From contig CAZGHF010000004.1 of the NCBI GenBank assembly GCA_964525595.1, forward strand, positions 1 to 39,326: a DNA stretch of 39,326 nucleotides, in the 5' to 3' direction. The position numbers and the translations under genes were made by a program. This DNA comes from an uncultured Candidatus Saccharibacteria bacterium. Lineage in GTDB: Bacteria > Patescibacteriota > Minisyncoccia > UBA6257 > GWB1-50-10. This document shows positions 35,590 through 39,326 of this stretch, one piece after another (the first letter of the stretch is position 1; every line of letters starts with the position of its first letter). Under the pieces are notes generated by a model. The model did not search any database. It had not been told where the DNA came from and saw nothing but the letters and a program-made list of their open reading frames with translations.

Positions 35590-36108
35590 ATGACTTTAAA
35601 CGAAGAATTATTATTAATCTTAGAATTTTCCGAAAATAAGGAAATTGAAAAAGAGTACCGGGAGCGGATAACAAAAGGAAACCTTACAAAAGACGAAGAC
35701 CCGGTTTCTCATTTTTGCGTATATTTTCTCCCTTTTAGTTCTGAAACTAAAAAAGTTTTTTTCGGGCATCATAAAAAATCCGGGTTATGGCTTTCTCCTG
35801 GAGGCCACATTGATAAGGGAGAGTCTTTTCTTGAGGCCTTGAACAGGGAAATTAACGAGGAATTAGGCATTAAAGATTTCTTCAAGGAAAAGCCTGCGCC
35901 CTTTCTTTTGACTGTCACAAACATTGATAGAGACCCACGGCAGTGCAAGAAGCACTTTGATGTGTGGCATTTAATGGAGACGGACGGGAGTAATTTCGAT
36001 ATTGATATGACCGAATACCATGAAACAAAGTGGTTGACGATTGCGGAAGCGAAAGAAATCACTGACGCTGCGAATAAAGCGGCGTTAAGAGTTGTTGAGA
36101 AAATGTGA
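35590..36108 (+). CDS. NUDIX hydrolase
   Basis: HHKKSGLWLSPGGHIDKGESFLEALNREINEELG. Confidence 0.9.
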   Translation: MTLNEELLLILEFSENKEIEKEYRERITKGNLTKDEDPVSHFCVYFLPFSSETKKVFFGHHKKSGLWLSPGGHIDKGESFLEALNREINEELGIKDFFKEKPAPFLLTVTNIDRDPRQCKKHFDVWHLMETDGSNFDIDMTEYHETKWLTIAEAKEITDAANKAALRVVEKM

Positions 36109-36191
36109 TGGATGACAATCGAGGGTTTTGACTTTTAGCACCAACAGGTGTTATTTTGGTCTTAGTTCACCTTAGACGGAGAGAGATAGAA

Positions 36192-36413
36192 ATGAACATC
36201 CCGAGACGTGGAAACTATCCGAACAACTCCGTTCAGTGTAATGACTGCGGAGGTTTGGGATGCCTCGCATGCGGCTTCAGGGGATGGCTTACTCCCCAGG
36301 ACCATCTCGGGGGCAGGCGATGCGAGAGAGTTGGCTGCGACAACCCCATCCTGCCGGCTCAGGTGGTTATCTACTGCACCGACGAGTGCGCCCGGCTGGA
36401 CGCCCAACCGTAG
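36192..36413 (+). CDS. Small cysteine-rich putative Zn-binding protein
   Basis: CNDCGGLGCLACGFRG, CERVGC, CTDEC; SD GGAGAG, TTGACT promoter upstream, terminator downstream. Confidence 0.55.
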   Translation: MNIPRRGNYPNNSVQCNDCGGLGCLACGFRGWLTPQDHLGGRRCERVGCDNPILPAQVVIYCTDECARLDAQP

Positions 36414-36433
36414 GCGGTGAAGTATTCGCGCTT

Positions 36434-36473
36434 GGGGGCGGTTTCCTTACAGGAGACCGCCCCCGTTTTTTTT
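36434..36473 (+). terminator. Rho-independent terminator
   Basis: GGGGGCGGTTTCCT-TAC-AGGAGACCGCCCCC-G-T8. Confidence 0.8.
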
Positions 36474-36639
36474 ATGATAGGTGATAGGTTGTAGGTTGTA
36501 GGTGATAGCTGATGATGTATGACAAGTAAGGTAGCCCCGCCGGTGGCGGCCCTTCGACTCGAAGAGTCTCAGGATCGAAGAGATGCTCAATTTTCTGACT
36601 TCGCTTTGCTTAGAGAAAATTGGCAGGTAGAATTAAGGG

Positions 36640-36840
36640 ATGAAAAAACAAACAAAAATAACTTTTATTCTTCTCGGTTTAACCGTGTTGTCCACTATTT
36701 TGCACAATGTGTTTTATGCTATTTTTGAAGTTGAGGAGCCGGTGTTCTTTATCCTTACCCTTCTGTTTGCCCTGGGTTTTGTAGTGTCAGTTTTTTGGAG
36801 TTTGATTCTTATGCTTAGGAAAAAGAAGCCGAAAGATTAG
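36640..36840 (+). CDS. Small 2-TM membrane protein
   Basis: 66 aa, two TM, ILHNVFYA..EEPVFF. Confidence 0.65.
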   Translation: MKKQTKITFILLGLTVLSTILHNVFYAIFEVEEPVFFILTLLFALGFVVSVFWSLILMLRKKKPKD

Positions 36841-36854
36841 GGAAAAATAGATTT

Positions 36855-37535
36855 ATGACCATTAAAGACAAAGTCGTAGTGATAACCGGGGCGAGTCGGG
36901 GACTGGGCAAGGCGTTGGCCGCTCTTTTTGCAAATGAAGGCGCAAAGCTGGTTTTGAGTTCGCGGCCGGGCAAGGAACTGGAGAAAGCGGGCCGGGAGCT
37001 GGGGGTTGAAACTTTTCCGGCGGATGTAACCAAGGAAGATGAAATAGTTAAGCTGGCGGACTTTGCCCTGGAGAAATTCGGCCGAATTGATATTTGGATT
37101 AACAACGCCGGGATTTGGATGCCTCACGCGCTAATAGAAGAAATGGACTGGAAGAAGGTGCATGAGCTTGTGGAAGTAAATTTGTTCGGGACGGTATATG
37201 GTTCAAAAGCGGCCTTGATTCAGATGAAGAAACAGCAAACCGGAGTAATAATAAACATTATTTCGGTAAGCGCCCTTGAGGGCCGTCCCGGTTCATCGGG
37301 CTATTGCGCGAGCAAGTACGCCGCCGTCGGTTTTACCAAATCGCTCCGCCTTGAAGTAAAGCAAGACAACATTAAGGTATTAGCAATTTATCCCGACAAG
37401 ATGAAAACAAATTTGTTTGATGAGAAAAAACCGGAAAACTACGGTGGATTTATGAGCCCTGAATTTGTGGCGGAAAATTTGCTTAAAAATCTTAAAAAGG
37501 ACAGTCCGGAGGAGGAATTGATTATCAGGGGGTGA
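36855..37535 (+). CDS. Short-chain dehydrogenase/reductase
   Basis: TGASRGLG, NNAG, YCASK. Confidence 0.93.
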   Translation: MTIKDKVVVITGASRGLGKALAALFANEGAKLVLSSRPGKELEKAGRELGVETFPADVTKEDEIVKLADFALEKFGRIDIWINNAGIWMPHALIEEMDWKKVHELVEVNLFGTVYGSKAALIQMKKQQTGVIINIISVSALEGRPGSSGYCASKYAAVGFTKSLRLEVKQDNIKVLAIYPDKMKTNLFDEKKPENYGGFMSPEFVAENLLKNLKKDSPEEELIIRG

Positions 37536-37558
37536 TTTTCTTGTGTTATAATAAGCCC

Positions 37559-37804
37559 ATGAAGGAAAAAATGCCTGTTCCCAGCGAATCTGGAGAGGAG
37601 CAAGTGGAACTCTTTGATGAGGACGAGATTACAGATGCCAAGAAAGAGACGCAGGAAGAGCAGGCAGAAATATTTAAACAGGGTGAGTCTGAAGATCCTG
37701 ACAGGGATATGAAAAAAGTCCTCGCGCTTATTGCCGAGTCCGATGCCAGGATAAAGGCGGAAAAGAAAAGAAAACAAGGCAGGAAATCCCGAAAAACAGC
37801 TTAA
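37559..37804 (+). CDS. Hypothetical highly charged protein
   Basis: ATG 6 nt after TGTTATAAT; acidic N-half, basic tail. Confidence 0.5.
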   Translation: MKEKMPVPSESGEEQVELFDEDEITDAKKETQEEQAEIFKQGESEDPDRDMKKVLALIAESDARIKAEKKRKQGRKSRKTA

Positions 37805-37854
37805 GGCACTTCATTGCCCCTCTTGTCGGATTAGAGGGCGAATTATCTATGAAC

Positions 37855-37975
37855 TTGACTTATTATTAATAATATGTTATTCTCTAAGAATCGAGGCTGA
37901 ATCTCGATCTGACTGCTGAACAGTCAGTAAGACAACGTCTCCGGGCTGAACCGGAGCAATTCTCTGAAGGAGTTG
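37855..37975 (+). promoter_or_regulatory. Promoter plus structured leader with four CUGAA-loop hairpins
   Basis: TTGACT-17-TATTCT; hairpins at 37890-37908, 37909-37927, 37939-37956, 37957-37975; the last contains the GGAG RBS. Confidence 0.7.
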
Positions 37976-37979
37976 TACC

Positions 37980-38687
37980 ATGCTAAACGCAGGGATGTTG
38001 TCCAGGTTCTTTCGCATCACGGCCTACGTCATGTTAGTGATCGGACTGGTCGGATTCGTGGCCGATGTCACGACCTGGTTCGGGCACGAGTGGAGCGATA
38101 GGTTTCCATTTACCACGTTCGGGCACGAGTGGAGCGATAGGTTTCCATTTACCACCCATCTGGGGGTGGGGTTGCCACTGGGTGTTCTCGTCTTCTTCTT
38201 TAACCAGAAGCTCGGGCATGCGGCCTACTGGTTCCTGGTCTACGTTTGGGCCAAGACCTTCGGTATTCCGTTCCACTTCAGGTGGCGGGACCAGGAACAT
38301 GTCAACGAAGGTCTCATCAACCAGGCCATGCTCATTCAAGAACTGCATGACGAGCAGCACTCTGTCCGGCAGGCGTTCTCGAAGCTTGAGCGCAACGGTA
38401 AGGGAAATTCCTACCAAGCCAAGGAACTCGGGAGACGGCTGAAAGAGCTCAACCGGAAGGTCGACAGGTCCTTCAACAGGTTCTACTTCTTGAGGGACGT
38501 CGCCTGGGCTGCCGGCTACACGGTCGGCCTCAGCATTTTCGCCTACCTTGAGGAAGACGGGATGGCCATCCTCAGGGCGAGTACGGCCGAGAGGAATCGA
38601 CCTGACCGGGTCCTGGTGTTCGACGACGACATCGCGGGTGGGAAGACCTGGATCAAGACCACCATGAAGGTGGCTCGCAGACGGTAA
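37980..38687 (+). CDS. Hypothetical membrane protein with coiled coil
   Basis: AAGGAG RBS, N-terminal TM segments, GC-rich codon third positions, own terminator. Confidence 0.7.
   Translation: MLNAGMLSRFFRITAYVMLVIGLVGFVADVTTWFGHEWSDRFPFTTFGHEWSDRFPFTTHLGVGLPLGVLVFFFNQKLGHAAYWFLVYVWAKTFGIPFHFRWRDQEHVNEGLINQAMLIQELHDEQHSVRQAFSKLERNGKGNSYQAKELGRRLKELNRKVDRSFNRFYFLRDVAWAAGYTVGLSIFAYLEEDGMAILRASTAERNRPDRVLVFDDDIAGGKTWIKTTMKVARRR
38078..38155 (+). repeat. Perfect 39-bp tandem duplication
   Basis: GTTCGGGCACGAGTGGAGCGATAGGTTTCCATTTACCAC x2 (FGHEWSDRFPFTT x2). Confidence 0.95.
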
Positions 38688-38704
38688 GGTCGTCAATAAG
38701 CACC

Positions 38705-38748
38705 GAGTCCCCGCACGATAGCAATATCGTCGTGCGGGGCTCTTTTTT
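38705..38748 (+). terminator. Rho-independent terminator
   Basis: CCCCGCACGA...TCGTGCGGGG stem followed by T6. Confidence 0.75.
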
Positions 38749-38852
38749 GCCCTCTAAATAAAGCCTCTAAATCGCTCAAAAAGCCAGTTTTTAAGCTTGT
38801 TTTTGGGGTTTTGGTATGATACAATAATAGTGCCCGAAAGGTGGGCGTTTTT

Positions 38853-39326
38853 ATGTCAAAAAAGGCGAAAAAAGAGGTAAAAAAGGAGCCAAAAGGACGG
38901 AAAAAATCCTCCTCTACGGCGGACGAGGAGAGAGCAAAGAACAATCCTTCTTACAGCGCCAAGGATATTTACGTTCTTGAGGGGCTGGATCCGGTCCGGA
39001 AAAGACCAGGAATGTATGTTGGTTCAACCGGGGTTGACGGCTTGCATCACCTTATTTGGGAGGTGGTGGACAATTCCATTGACGAGGCGATGGTTGGATA
39101 CGCCAAGCGAATTAAGATTGAGCTCTTGAAAGGCGGCCGGGTAGCGGTAACGGACGACGGCCGGGGAATTCCGGTTGACATTCACAAGCAAACGAAGAAA
39201 TCCGCGCTGGAGACGGTAATGACTACCCTCCACGCCGGCGGAAAGTTCGGCGGCGAGTCATACAAAGTCGCCGGTGGTTTGCACGGCGTAGGCGCTTCGG
39301 TAGTGAATGCCCTCTCGTCGTATTGC
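38853..39326 (+). CDS. gyrB: DNA gyrase subunit B (5' part, runs off window)
   Basis: Manual translation: [69 protein letters not shown]. Confidence 0.95.
   Translation, partial: MSKKAKKEVKKEPKGRKKSSSTADEERAKNNPSYSAKDIYVLEGLDPVRKRPGMYVGSTGVDGLHHLIWEVVDNSIDEAMVGYAKRIKIELLKGGRVAVTDDGRGIPVDIHKQTKKSALETVMTTLHAGGKFGGESYKVAGGLHGVGASVVNALSSYC

Larger units (their letters stand above)
27322..36842 (+). repeat. Dispersed junction motif ccRccRAAAAATTAGG(GGAG)
   Basis: Copies at 27322, 29984-30003, 30691, 31059-31079, 31640, 32289-32305, 32803-32818; variants at 25450 and 36828. Confidence 0.8.

Noticed and set aside
36519-36728. 69-aa ORF
   Set aside because: Reads through palindromic repeat DNA and overlaps the better-supported 36640 gene.
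25450-37535. Classical integron/CALIN with attC sites
   Set aside because: No RYYYAAC...GTTRRRY long hairpins between genes; the TAAC..GTTAG near the ALDH ends spans only ~35 nt and is inside the ORF; no integrase in the window.
9920-38850. tRNA-Leu-anchored genomic island or prophage
   Set aside because: No duplicate of the tRNA 3' end, no integrase and no phage structural genes seen.

Overview
Bacterial chromosomal window (standard code, TGA = stop). Gene content and style (dprA, secA, rluA, rplS, PilO-like protein, gyrB, tRNAs without encoded CCA, few Shine-Dalgarno sites) suggest a Patescibacteria/CPR (Parcubacteria-like) genome; this is inference. Positions 1-10 kb are mostly core genes plus a small GC-rich islet with a frameshifted CheY-like gene. 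Between tRNA-Leu (~10.0 kb) and gyrB (38.85 kb) lies a ~29 kb accessory region with four parts. (i) GC-rich purH-N-terminal and purM islets sharing a terminator. (ii) A giant surface protein + dockerin + anchored cohesin locus bracketed by 49-bp inverted repeats. (iii) AbrB, DUF2130, an ABC-ATPase with a possible HEPN tail, a DnaQ-like exonuclease and a PIF1 helicase. (iv) A ~11 kb run of small unrelated co-oriented genes whose junctions repeatedly carry one short motif (ccRccRAAAAATTAGG(GG), or the related TCGGAGAAATGATTRAGG). In this run a REP-like hairpin is inserted twice at the same motif position, one gene pair is fused through the motif, a gene end and a whole ALDH gene are duplicated, and there is a HicBA module. 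This looks like an integron-like cassette array without attC sites or an integrase in view. A leader with four tandem CUGAA-loop hairpins, the last occluding an RBS, precedes an orphan membrane gene near gyrB. All calls are by eye, without database searches.
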